From IMG/VR virus record IMGVR_UViG_2891407665_000020: a DNA stretch of 64,000 nt. One strand, written 5' to 3'. The DNA is from an uncultured virus (IMG/VR IMGVR_UViG_2891407665_000020) (lineage: Duplodnaviria; Heunggongvirae; Uroviricota; Caudoviricetes). Under the pieces are notes generated by a model. The model ran no database searches. It was not told the origin of the DNA and worked only from the letters and a program-made list of their open reading frames with translations. The translations under genes were made by a program, and so were the position numbers. This document shows, piece after piece, positions 28,427-38,128 of this stretch; position 1 is the stretch's first letter; each line of letters starts with the position of its first letter.

Positions 28427-29098
28427 ATGCGTACACAGGTAACTAAGATAGACAGGGAATACTACCGAGAGAAGATTCTTGAAAAGAAATTACAGCTGGA
28501 ACGTTCTAAAGTCATGAATCAGGAATTGCTAAAGTTAAATGCAAAAAAAGATGCGATACAGCAAGTCAAAGATGATCTGTCAGCGTATGTGGATCTTTTG
28601 TTTTATCTAAAGAGAACAGTGCTTGCAGAAGATACAGCATTTAGGGAAAGACGCGTGGAATACCTTAATAACGTAATTACAGAGGAGCTTCAAAAGATTT
28701 TTCCCCATTCAGGACTCCAGGCAAAAATTGCTTACAACGACAAGTATAGCAGGACAAAAGCGACCCTGCGTTTGGTCGACTCTGACGGGTATTCCAGGAA
28801 ACCTAAGATTGCGGAAGGGAAACTATGCCAATACCTAATTAGCTTTGCTGCCGTGAATGGCGTTGTCAGGAGTCTTGGGTACAGCAATATTTACGTTGAT
28901 GAGGCATTTGGTGTGTCTTCACCGGAGAACTTGCCGCGTGTCGGAGAATCACTGCAGCAGAGCATCGATTCCGGTATGCAGATTGTGCTTGTGTCACAAA
29001 ATCCAGCTCTCTATGAGAGTATACCGAGACAGGAAATACATTTGCGACATGAACCTGCTGATGGGCGAACAGTAATAGATAACATAGCAGAGTATTAG
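28427..29098 (+). CDS. SbcC/Rad50-like ATPase, C-terminal half
   Basis: Coiled coil, then signature-like IAEGKL, Walker B/D-loop IYVDEAFGVSS, H-loop variant IVLVSQ. Confidence 0.78.
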   Translation: MRTQVTKIDREYYREKILEKKLQLERSKVMNQELLKLNAKKDAIQQVKDDLSAYVDLLFYLKRTVLAEDTAFRERRVEYLNNVITEELQKIFPHSGLQAKIAYNDKYSRTKATLRLVDSDGYSRKPKIAEGKLCQYLISFAAVNGVVRSLGYSNIYVDEAFGVSSPENLPRVGESLQQSIDSGMQIVLVSQNPALYESIPRQEIHLRHEPADGRTVIDNIAEY

Positions 29099-29109
29099 TG
29101 GAGGGAACT

Positions 29110-30867
29110 ATGGCTAATGTAAATATAGATATTGCGCTGTCGGAGCTGCCTAATTATAATGCGGCTAAGCATCTTTGGGGGATTGGGAGTGAAATACGTG
29201 AGCAGTTATACTCCTTTTTCACTAACCATAAACGGAATGTGTTCTACACCTTTGAATACGAAAACAACAAGGAGCTCCTTTCACGTATAAATAGCAATAT
29301 GCTGGATGTTTATAATTCCTACGGGCTGTATTTTACTAAGGATGTGCGGAACGCCATCCGTTATTTCGTCCTGATAATTCCCAAAGATGTGTTCTACGCC
29401 GCGGCAGATAATCCGAAAGCTCTACAGGACTATGTCGACACTTTCTTTATAGAGAACAAAGTCTCTGAGGAGCATATAGGATTTAGCGTTATTGAATGCA
29501 CCAAAGGGGAGCAGGCGGAGTTCTTGAACCGTCTGCTTTGTGATGGCGAAAATATTACGGCGTATAAGGATTTCTATGAACGGTACAGGGTGGAGAACCC
29601 AGGTTTTAATTTCAATGAGATGACTGATACCAGCAGGTATACGGATCATCCTGCATTCCGGGGGTATACCTTTATTAATTTTGCTAAACTTGTTGCTGAA
29701 AACAGGTGCTTCCATGCAGTTGGGTATATGAGGACGCTGAACTTGCAGCTGGAGCTGCTTAAGAAAGTGGAATCTTTAGGAGGAGCGCATGTTATGTTTT
29801 ATTGTAATACAAAAGATATAAGCATCCCCTATGAGGATAGGGTACTTTTCCAGGGAAAATACCAGATGGTGCTTGGCACTATGTATGTGAAATATGCTGC
29901 ATATCTGGTTTTAAAATACGGATACAAATTTGACGTCCCGGATAAGATGCATAAGAGGTTCATTGCGGAGATGGCAGAGTTGATATCACCATCGCACAGG
30001 TATGTAGGGCGTTACCTTGAATACTTGGAAAACCCGGTGCCTATTGCAATTAAACAACCAAGCATGCATCCGGCGTTTTTATGCCAGCGTAAGAAATCAC
30101 CTACAGATTTCGTATGTATAACTGTGCAATACGTGGAAATTGATAGCGGCAGTTATACGGTTCTCCCCTGCGCAGCTAAGAGTGAGCGATTCTGTCTTTC
30201 TGCAATAGAGGTACTGCAGATTACTGATGTTTATAATCTACATACGCATAACTATGTAGAGGGGAGGGCAGAGATGCGGCGTTTACAGCAGATGCTGGAT
30301 AGTGTGCAGGAAGCTTTATCAGAGTTGAACAGTTCAGTAACGGAATCACTTGATTGTTCGAATACTCTGATTTTTAGGAAAGACGGACACCTATACGCTG
30401 GTTATGTATCGGATATTAAGGTGCGCAAACGTTATTCAACACAGATCTTTACACAAGGGTATAGTTTTATTGAGGATAAAGATTTTGATGAGCAAACATT
30501 AAAAACACTGATAGACGTCCGGTGTTACCCTGATTTTGATGTATTGTTCAAAAGGGATATACGAAATTTATTTGGTGGGTTGGATGACACGTCTGATGGT
30601 TTTATCAATACAATAACAAACCATAACCAGGAGAATGTTACAGAAGCGTGCGGGCTTTATTACGATTCGGTTGGCTTATGGAATCATGGTTCGAGCCTTC
30701 TTAGGGGCAAGCAGATTACTCGTCTGACAAACTGTGGGCTGCCAATAAAAGGATTGCGAAGGAATTTTTTATCATTCTTTGGGGGACCGCACCCCTTTCT
30801 TGGGAAAAATGTTGATGCTGATAAGCCAACGCTAGAATTAGATTACACAATATGGGAGGATTGCTAA
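29110..30867 (+). CDS. Hypothetical protein
   Basis: About 585-aa ORF; GGAGG precedes the ATG at 29110. Confidence 0.8.
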   Translation: MANVNIDIALSELPNYNAAKHLWGIGSEIREQLYSFFTNHKRNVFYTFEYENNKELLSRINSNMLDVYNSYGLYFTKDVRNAIRYFVLIIPKDVFYAAADNPKALQDYVDTFFIENKVSEEHIGFSVIECTKGEQAEFLNRLLCDGENITAYKDFYERYRVENPGFNFNEMTDTSRYTDHPAFRGYTFINFAKLVAENRCFHAVGYMRTLNLQLELLKKVESLGGAHVMFYCNTKDISIPYEDRVLFQGKYQMVLGTMYVKYAAYLVLKYGYKFDVPDKMHKRFIAEMAELISPSHRYVGRYLEYLENPVPIAIKQPSMHPAFLCQRKKSPTDFVCITVQYVEIDSGSYTVLPCAAKSERFCLSAIEVLQITDVYNLHTHNYVEGRAEMRRLQQMLDSVQEALSELNSSVTESLDCSNTLIFRKDGHLYAGYVSDIKVRKRYSTQIFTQGYSFIEDKDFDEQTLKTLIDVRCYPDFDVLFKRDIRNLFGGLDDTSDGFINTITNHNQENVTEACGLYYDSVGLWNHGSSLLRGKQITRLTNCGLPIKGLRRNFLSFFGGPHPFLGKNVDADKPTLELDYTIWEDC

Positions 30868-33209
30868 TGTTTATGTCCAGAACGCCTGCTAATGTAGATG
30901 AGTTGCCTGTGTCTGAGTTGTTAAGCCTTGCTACTGATTCAGAGGGGATGCCCGCTGCTGCTGTGCGTTATAAAATAATCAGGATGCTGTTTGATGTGCT
31001 CGGTTTTGAACTGTCGAACGACACTTTGCTTATGCTATTAAGTGAACCTGCGGCAAAACTCTGTCTTTCCACAGCAGGCGGCGGTAAGACGAGTTCTGCT
31101 AATATACAGATACTCGCAGAGAAAATCATGCGCAAATCGAGAAAGCATCCAGGCAGCGGCATTGCAGGTTCCAAGATTTTATGCCTGGTTTACAATAGGC
31201 ATAACGTTTCTGATTTTTATGAAAAGCACAAAAAGATGGTGAGCCAGTTAAGGTGTGCAAATATCCGCGGCTTGTCTATTGATGACGAACTACAGGTAAC
31301 AACCATGCATGCATTTTGCGAAATGTGGCGTAGGGAGTATAGTGTGGAATGCGAACTAGTCGGTTTCAGGCTTGTGCAGGAAGACCAGGCGCTTGTGTTC
31401 ATGAATAGTGCATCTAAAGTTGTACTTCAAAAATACAATATGACGAATAACACCATCAACGCTAACAATTTATATACATTGTACACTTACAAGATGGAAG
31501 CCATGCTGTCCTATGACGAGATAGAGGAGACTGATAAATTTATTGACTTACGGATCCCCGTGGAGGCACTGCGTGATATCTTTAGCTCATACGAGTCAAT
31601 CAAGCGTAGGCGGCGTGTATACGATTTTACGGATATGCTGACAAAAGTATATGCTTTACTGAAAAGCAGAAAGGATATACTGGAACGCGTACAAAAGTTT
31701 TATGAGTACGTGGTGGTTGATGAGGTGCAGGATTTCACGCCGTTAATGATGGAGCTTTTGCGGCTGTTTGTGAATAATCGTACGCCATTGCTATGTATTG
31801 GAGATGAGGACCAGTCCATATACGGCTTCCGTGGGGCTGATATTTATAATACGCTTGATTTTGAGGATAAGTTCCCTGGTGGCGAGGTATACTTGCTTAA
31901 TAGGAACCGCAGATGCGGGAAGAATATCTTGGATATTGCAGCGAGGGTTATCACCCGTAATAATATGAGGTATCAAAAACAACTGGGCGCCGTGCGTGAG
32001 GGTGGTGATATTTATTATATCCCATACTTGACTACTGAAGGGCAGCTTCTTAATGTTATTGGGAAAATCAAAGACTTTAGCATTACACAGATGCAAAAGA
32101 CAGTAATCTGCTGCAGGGAAAAAGAGGGCTCACAATTACTGACGCAATTACTGGCAGAAAACAGGATACCACACCATGTGATTAGTGGGTACCACGCATA
32201 CTCCCATGAACTTTACAGGCATCTGCTGGATGTGCTGTATGTGCTCTACAGGCCTTTGGATTCCCAGGTTCAGCTCAACCTGTATAAGATATTGCCAGTC
32301 ACCAAAGATGCTTTATTTGAAATACTCCAGTACGATGATAAGCATGGCAAATTTTTAGACACAAAGGAGCGCAAACATTTCGCACAGGTCGATTATGGGC
32401 AGTTCCTAACGCATAATGGATTTAAGGAAGTTATTTCAGAACTAACACGTATGTCTCAGGTAATACATACAGAACCTATGTGTGCATACGTACCGCGTTT
32501 ATTTCTTTTACTGAAAAAGTATTATTGGAACTGGAAGAAACAGTATAATGCCAATCCGGAACTAGATGACACTTTCGAGGCGAAGGTATTGGAATACTTT
32601 AGCGCTAACAGTACTTTTGCAGACTTCCTGAACCAGCACAGCCAGAACAAACAGTTTTGCTCCACAAATCAGAATGGGTGCCGTGGGGTTGCAATTTCTA
32701 CATTCCATGGTCTTAAAGGGCTTGAGTTCGACACGGTTTTCCTTATCAATCTGGATAACGATATTTTCCCAAACTACCCATTGATAGACAGTAAAAATTA
32801 TACTGATGAAATTAAGCAAAGCCTGAAAGAGTCTGAGGTCAGGCTGTTTTACGTTGCAATTACGCGTGCACGTGATACATTGTATATGTATTACCAGCAG
32901 AATAACCCATCACTGTTTGTAAAAGAGCTTATGGGCACTGATTACCAGGAGGAGTACCTTGTGTATGATGTTGATACTGTTGCCGATTCCAGCGGCGGGG
33001 AATACGATGTTAATCCAAACCCTGAGCTGGATATAGAGGATGACTTGAGCGCTATTTTTGAGGATGATTCGGAAGAGCTGCTGGATAGTGAATTGGATGT
33101 GGCGTCTTCAAGTGAGCACAAAGATTTAGGCAGCCCAGCTTTTGACGTGGATGAGCCACCACTGGTAATGTCCAATAATTTTTTGACACAAATCTTGAAT
33201 AATTTCTAG
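30867..33209 (+). CDS. uvrD: UvrD/PcrA-family SF1 DNA helicase
   Basis: STAGGGKT, VTTMHAF, VVVDEVQD, IGDEDQSIYGFRGA, NRRC, STFHGLKGLEF, LFYVAITRAR; acidic C-terminal tail. Confidence 0.93.
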   Translation: MFMSRTPANVDELPVSELLSLATDSEGMPAAAVRYKIIRMLFDVLGFELSNDTLLMLLSEPAAKLCLSTAGGGKTSSANIQILAEKIMRKSRKHPGSGIAGSKILCLVYNRHNVSDFYEKHKKMVSQLRCANIRGLSIDDELQVTTMHAFCEMWRREYSVECELVGFRLVQEDQALVFMNSASKVVLQKYNMTNNTINANNLYTLYTYKMEAMLSYDEIEETDKFIDLRIPVEALRDIFSSYESIKRRRRVYDFTDMLTKVYALLKSRKDILERVQKFYEYVVVDEVQDFTPLMMELLRLFVNNRTPLLCIGDEDQSIYGFRGADIYNTLDFEDKFPGGEVYLLNRNRRCGKNILDIAARVITRNNMRYQKQLGAVREGGDIYYIPYLTTEGQLLNVIGKIKDFSITQMQKTVICCREKEGSQLLTQLLAENRIPHHVISGYHAYSHELYRHLLDVLYVLYRPLDSQVQLNLYKILPVTKDALFEILQYDDKHGKFLDTKERKHFAQVDYGQFLTHNGFKEVISELTRMSQVIHTEPMCAYVPRLFLLLKKYYWNWKKQYNANPELDDTFEAKVLEYFSANSTFADFLNQHSQNKQFCSTNQNGCRGVAISTFHGLKGLEFDTVFLINLDNDIFPNYPLIDSKNYTDEIKQSLKESEVRLFYVAITRARDTLYMYYQQNNPSLFVKELMGTDYQEEYLVYDVDTVADSSGGEYDVNPNPELDIEDDLSAIFEDDSEELLDSELDVASSSEHKDLGSPAFDVDEPPLVMSNNFLTQILNNF

Positions 33210-33226
33210 AGAAAGAAGGGATTTTT

Positions 33227-34741
33227 ATTTTTTACCAGTATTTAAGGGAGAACGGGCTTCAGGATATCCTGGAGCCCGTTGATTTTGTATTTCCTACTTT
33301 TTCAAATGAGGAAAAAGTTTTTTCTTTTTTAAGGGATATTGTGGGGCATAAGCGTAAAGTCCTTATTGAAGGTGACTATGATGTAGATGGGATTATGTGC
33401 ACCTTAATTATAAACGACTACCTAACTGCATTAGGCTCAACGATGCATGAAATTTACAGGTATCGCGCAAGAACCCATCGGATGGATAAATACGCCATGC
33501 ATCAATGTATACAGGGGCGCTATGACTATCTGATAGTAGGCGACACTGGATCATCAGATATGGAAATACTGCATCGGCTAGGGGATATGGGAATTAAGGT
33601 GATTGTTCTTGACCATCATAACTCCATTTATTCTTATGATGACTTCCCAGAGAATGTTGCCATTATAAACACTACGATAGAGAATCTGATAGCGAAGCAG
33701 GACGTCTACCGGTTTAGCGCAGGGGCGCTCTGTTATTGCATATTTGCAAAGTTTGCACAAGTACACGCAGATATTACCCTTAAAGGTGAAGTCGCATATG
33801 CACTTACAAGTTTATATGCGGACAGCATGGATATGTCAAGCTCTTTAAACAGGGGTATTTATTGGGAAGCCATTCAGCTGAAGAGGCATGAGCTGCCAGT
33901 ATTCCTGCAGCATTTCATGAATGAGTATACGGTATTCGGCAGGAGATATATTGATTTTTGGTATGCTCCCCGTATTAATGCGGCTTTCCGGTCTGAGAGG
34001 CTTGGACTTATAAATAACTATTTCTTCAATACGGAACTGGGGACAGTCGAGAGAGCGAAATGTATTGAAGACCTTGAAAAAGTTTATGTGGAATGCCGCA
34101 ATATGGTGAATAAGCTTGCCGATATCGTAAAGGTGGAAGAGCTGGATAATTTTGTTCTGTGCAATCTGAGCTGCGTTGATGACGTGATGCCCATCAATGA
34201 GAACAGGCTGTTCAACTACACAGGCCTGCTAGCCAACAAACTGACAGAAAGGTATAAGAAAACTGCAGTTGTGCTATGTGAAACAGCAAGGCATTATAAA
34301 GGCTCACTCAGGGATAAATATAACCGAAATTATTTACATACATTCCAACAGTTTTGTGAAGCTGGCGGGCATAAGCCGGCTTTTGGATTTACTGTAAACC
34401 TGCTGGACTACCAGAGATTTTTAGCATCCGTTGTACGCATTGACAAATATTACAGCGACAAGTCAAAGAAAGAAGGCCCTATTGTGGAAGAGCATGAGGT
34501 GGCATCCCCTGATGACAGGCTGGTGGAGGAAATGGCTCTGTATAATGATTTTGCCGGTGGTAACCTTCCGGCTGCTTTTATAAAAAAGCAGTTCGTTGGG
34601 TATATGCCAGAGTGCTATAACACTTACAATTACGTATACCAGTGGGGTGATTACAGGATACAAAGTACCTATCAGCTTGATTTCGGCTCACAATTGCTGC
34701 TAAAACCCGTAAAGCGCAAAAAAGTAACTTTAATGGTATAA
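33227..34741 (+). CDS. recJ: RecJ-like DHH ssDNA exonuclease (probable ATT start; the track starts at GTG 33341)
   Basis: GDYDVDG, IVGDTG, LDHH, APRINAAFR, GSLR, GGHKPAFG. The frame is open back to 33203 and encodes RecJ-like N-terminal sequence. Confidence 0.82.
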   Translation: MFYQYLRENGLQDILEPVDFVFPTFSNEEKVFSFLRDIVGHKRKVLIEGDYDVDGIMCTLIINDYLTALGSTMHEIYRYRARTHRMDKYAMHQCIQGRYDYLIVGDTGSSDMEILHRLGDMGIKVIVLDHHNSIYSYDDFPENVAIINTTIENLIAKQDVYRFSAGALCYCIFAKFAQVHADITLKGEVAYALTSLYADSMDMSSSLNRGIYWEAIQLKRHELPVFLQHFMNEYTVFGRRYIDFWYAPRINAAFRSERLGLINNYFFNTELGTVERAKCIEDLEKVYVECRNMVNKLADIVKVEELDNFVLCNLSCVDDVMPINENRLFNYTGLLANKLTERYKKTAVVLCETARHYKGSLRDKYNRNYLHTFQQFCEAGGHKPAFGFTVNLLDYQRFLASVVRIDKYYSDKSKKEGPIVEEHEVASPDDRLVEEMALYNDFAGGNLPAAFIKKQFVGYMPECYNTYNYVYQWGDYRIQSTYQLDFGSQLLLKPVKRKKVTLMV

Positions 34742-34805
34742 CTAGTGGGAGTTAAAAAATTTGTTATAAAAATATGATAGTAAGGATGGAATATAAAGAA
34801 AAGAG

Positions 34806-35573
34806 GTGGTTACTATTAATATTTTTGCTATCAGCCCTGATTATATGGACGCACTCTATAAAGAGGCTATTTCTTTTGACTTTGCATTACAGGGGTATGG
34901 GAATCCGGATGCAGCGCTAAAGGGGTTGTGCTATACGAATATTTCGGATGTTATAGGGTTTCTTTATATGGCGAGCAGGCTTCCCAAAAATGTGGATGCC
35001 CTCCGACGGTTTTTGTTTGTGTGTGACAAGATGGCGTCTGATAATGGACTTACCTTTCTTTTCGCGCTGAATTCCAAACAGAATCCCTGGAATATGCTAG
35101 GACTGGGGGAATACACGAACTTGCGGTTTAGCACACTTACTGCCATAGATGATGTTACAGATACTCTAATAAAGCATGATATTTTTGGCAGCCTGCTTCT
35201 TTCGAGATTTGAGCCTTATGACCTTAGGGAAAAGCAGGAAATTCTGGACAAAAAGCAGCCGATAATACCTGTGCTGGAGTACAGGCCGGTTTTTTCAAGC
35301 CTTGTATTAAAAGTATTAGAACCGTCTGTTGGGTTAATGTCATTAACCCGAACATTGAAAGCGGACGCCATTTACTGCGAATTACTGCAGGTTTCCAGGG
35401 TTGCGTCGGATATACGCAGATTCGTTATAATGCGCCGTATGGGGATGGATACTGAGAGGTTGAAGAAATCGCTGGATAGAACAATTAATGATATTGATGA
35501 TCCGGCTTCCTATTGCAATTACAGGGCATTGCTACAACTGGCAGCAGAAGAGGAGGTGGCAAAAGTTGTATGA
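34806..35573 (+). CDS. Pseudo-receiver-domain protein
   Basis: INIFAISPDYMDALYKEA...FALQGYGNPDAALKGL...DVIGFLY follows the CheY-like beta/alpha pattern without the DD/D residues. Confidence 0.45.
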   Translation: MVTINIFAISPDYMDALYKEAISFDFALQGYGNPDAALKGLCYTNISDVIGFLYMASRLPKNVDALRRFLFVCDKMASDNGLTFLFALNSKQNPWNMLGLGEYTNLRFSTLTAIDDVTDTLIKHDIFGSLLLSRFEPYDLREKQEILDKKQPIIPVLEYRPVFSSLVLKVLEPSVGLMSLTRTLKADAIYCELLQVSRVASDIRRFVIMRRMGMDTERLKKSLDRTINDIDDPASYCNYRALLQLAAEEEVAKVV

Positions 35574-37194
35574 CTTAGACCTGATGCCTGAAGTCTCCGG
35601 CATCCTACAGGACAGGATGCTGACTGAGGAGCGCGATGTACTATATGTGCTAGAGATGTATAAATTCAAAACTCGCGATAATATTATCAGGATTTTAGAG
35701 AAGCATTACGCTGATACTGTTAATGAGAATTATTTTTCTGACGACGAGAAGCCTATCGTGCAATCTGTGGACAGTATCTGCCGGGACAGGAATTTTTCTA
35801 GCCTGGAGCATGAGTGCGGGGTATTGCTTGATGTTGCATCGGAGGACACGGTAAACGTTATTTGTGTCTACGGGGAGAGCTATAATAAAGCAAAAGTTGA
35901 GTTAGGGGTTCCCTATAAGTTCTTAAACACAATCTATGTTACCCCATACAATTATGCATTGCTGGAATCCGGCGGGAAGCCTCCTTCCTATGATGCGGAT
36001 TTACTGCTTAAACGGATTATCCTTGAGTGCGTCAACCGCAAGGGGACAGACTTACATCTAACAGTGCACCATGTAAACAAAAAACCGGTGTATAAGGTTA
36101 GGTACAGGCGCAATGGCATGTTGTGCGATATGGACCTTTTTGAGATAGACAGGCGGCTGAACAAGGAGATCATCAGCATCCTAATTAGCAGGAATACAAA
36201 CAAGGATTCCATTGATTTATTGCTTTCGGATGGGTTGACAGCGCTCGCACCTGATATTTTCAGGGACAAGAGCGTAGAACTCCGTGTTTCCGCAAACCGC
36301 GTACGTGATGGATACGAGTGCGTTGCCCGCATACAGAGGACTGATAATGTAACAATGAAGATAGAGCAGCTTGGGTTCCCTGCTAGTGTGCAGGATGACC
36401 TTCGTTGTTTAGCCAGGAAACAGTCTGGCATAACCTTAATAACAGGTCCTATACGAACAGGGAAGAATACAACCGCTTTTGCGATAGCAAACGAGATGGC
36501 TGGGCGCCCCATAAAGATTAAAAGTTTTGAATCACCTATTGAAGCTCTTATGGACTTCCCACAAGTCGATTATGCGGACGACCCTGCTAAGCTCAGGGAA
36601 GCAATAAAACTCGCCAAGAAGCAGGACGTTAATGTTGCATTCTTGAATGAGATACCGAATAAAGAGGTTGCATTTGCAGTAAAGGATTTAGTGAACTCCT
36701 CAGTACATGTAATCACTACTATGCATATAAACCGCATCTGGCATCTCCCTTACAAGCTTTACGAGTTTTACGGGGAGTCTTACAAAGACGTTATCTGCCA
36801 GATAAATGGTGTTATCAACCAGAAAATGTTCGGGGTTCTATGTCCCCATTGCCAGGATATTGTGCTTGCGTCCGACCTGCCGGATTCAAGAAAGTCTGCG
36901 CTTTTGATGCGATATGGCGTGAATACTGTTGCAGTGGCAAGGGGATGCAGTTTCTGCCTGGATGCAGAAACACATACACACGGAATTGTAGTGGGCAGTA
37001 ACCAGCCCTATACGGAACGGCTGATTTTTACCGAGGATGTGAGGAGTATGCTAATGTCCTGCAAGGAGCCTTATGAAATGGAAAATGTGATAAAGAATCA
37101 AGTAATGCAGAACCATCATGAGCTAGAGCAGGCGCTCGCTAACGGTATCAGGGATGGAAAACTTTCCACAGACGCATTAGATTCTGTACTTTAG
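35566..37194 (+). CDS. PilB/GspE-family pilus assembly ATPase, divergent
   Basis: GTDLHL, VRYRRNG, ELRVS, EQLGF, ITGPIRTGKNTT, FESPIE, FLNEI, TTMH, LCPHC...GCSFC zinc motif; GAGGAGG precedes the TTG at 35566. Confidence 0.88.
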   Translation: MYDLDLMPEVSGILQDRMLTEERDVLYVLEMYKFKTRDNIIRILEKHYADTVNENYFSDDEKPIVQSVDSICRDRNFSSLEHECGVLLDVASEDTVNVICVYGESYNKAKVELGVPYKFLNTIYVTPYNYALLESGGKPPSYDADLLLKRIILECVNRKGTDLHLTVHHVNKKPVYKVRYRRNGMLCDMDLFEIDRRLNKEIISILISRNTNKDSIDLLLSDGLTALAPDIFRDKSVELRVSANRVRDGYECVARIQRTDNVTMKIEQLGFPASVQDDLRCLARKQSGITLITGPIRTGKNTTAFAIANEMAGRPIKIKSFESPIEALMDFPQVDYADDPAKLREAIKLAKKQDVNVAFLNEIPNKEVAFAVKDLVNSSVHVITTMHINRIWHLPYKLYEFYGESYKDVICQINGVINQKMFGVLCPHCQDIVLASDLPDSRKSALLMRYGVNTVAVARGCSFCLDAETHTHGIVVGSNQPYTERLIFTEDVRSMLMSCKEPYEMENVIKNQVMQNHHELEQALANGIRDGKLSTDALDSVL

Positions 37195-37214
37195 AAGGAG
37201 GAGCGGAAAAGATT

Positions 37215-37613
37215 ATGCTTGGAATTTCAGCAAAAAATATTGCGAAGAAAAACAAACGGTTTAAAAAAGAAAAAAACCAACAAGAACAGGAACAAAAAAA
37301 CCAGCGCAGTGACGTCACGATTAAGCCGGATGATACCAAAAAGGAGAATCTAAAGACAGTGTCCTTACTGGAAGGGCTGGTTCTTGACACGAGCCAGGTG
37401 CAGACAGATGATTATGTTGTCTGGCTAACTAAGAACGCAAAGAAAACATCATCGCTCCCGATAGTCAGCAGCATTAGCGGCTCTGATTTTATAGAGGATG
37501 CAATAAAGAAAGCGGTTACACGGTACAACAGCGGAGACTTCGTAAAGAACCAGAAAGAAGAAGTATCTATGGACCAGCTCGTGCCGCATAAATTGGAGGT
37601 GAATATCTTTTGA
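37215..37613 (+). CDS. Hypothetical protein with K/Q-rich N-terminus
   Basis: 132 aa, AGGAGG RBS. Confidence 0.7.
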   Translation: MLGISAKNIAKKNKRFKKEKNQQEQEQKNQRSDVTIKPDDTKKENLKTVSLLEGLVLDTSQVQTDDYVVWLTKNAKKTSSLPIVSSISGSDFIEDAIKKAVTRYNSGDFVKNQKEEVSMDQLVPHKLEVNIF

Positions 37614-38128
37614 AGAAAAAAATTATATGCATTATCCTGGCAGCTGCAACTGTAGCAGTCGCTTCCATTGGGGCAGCCCCCAGCGCAGTTAGCTTATTCC
37701 AAAATCTCAGGGATTTTAAAAAGCTGCAGTCAGACCTGAAAAAAGAGCAGCAGCAGCATAGCGATGCAAACAACAAACTAGCAGGAAAGGGAAGCCAGGG
37801 GGCAGCCAATGGTAATGATTTAGACAGCACGATCATCACAGCAGCTGTAGCAAGCGATGGGCAGGCCGTATTGGATTCCGTTACTGCTTACACTGTAGAG
37901 GATGGTATCTTGCGCAAATTAGCAGTCTTGGATAATGCTGCTGATGTGCCTAATTTACAAGGGAATGCAGATGTATTGGAGTATGCAGTAAGCACGAGTG
38001 ACACTGCGGTGTATTTAAAGGGACTCACAGGGACGCCAATTGTGTTCGATAAAATAACCGTGTTGCCATTAACAGGACAGGTTTATACTAGGGTAAGCCT
38101 GCAGAATGGAGGGAACGCGCATGATTAG
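37610..38128 (+). CDS. Membrane-anchored coiled-coil protein, PilO-like candidate
   Basis: N-terminal TM/signal, short coiled coil, small alpha/beta domain; near the PilB-like gene. Confidence 0.45.
   Translation: MKKKIICIILAAATVAVASIGAAPSAVSLFQNLRDFKKLQSDLKKEQQQHSDANNKLAGKGSQGAANGNDLDSTIITAAVASDGQAVLDSVTAYTVEDGILRKLAVLDNAADVPNLQGNADVLEYAVSTSDTAVYLKGLTGTPIVFDKITVLPLTGQVYTRVSLQNGGNAHD

Noticed and set aside
24828..29098. sbcC pseudogene, or a Wadjet/SMC defence system
   Set aside because: Both halves are intact ORFs separated by three whole genes, and the partner is an Mre11-type nuclease, not JetA/B/D.
12377..30867. Large unknown ORFs (838 aa, 585 aa) as RNAP beta/beta-prime fragments
   Set aside because: No NADFDGD or other recognisable double-psi-barrel motifs.
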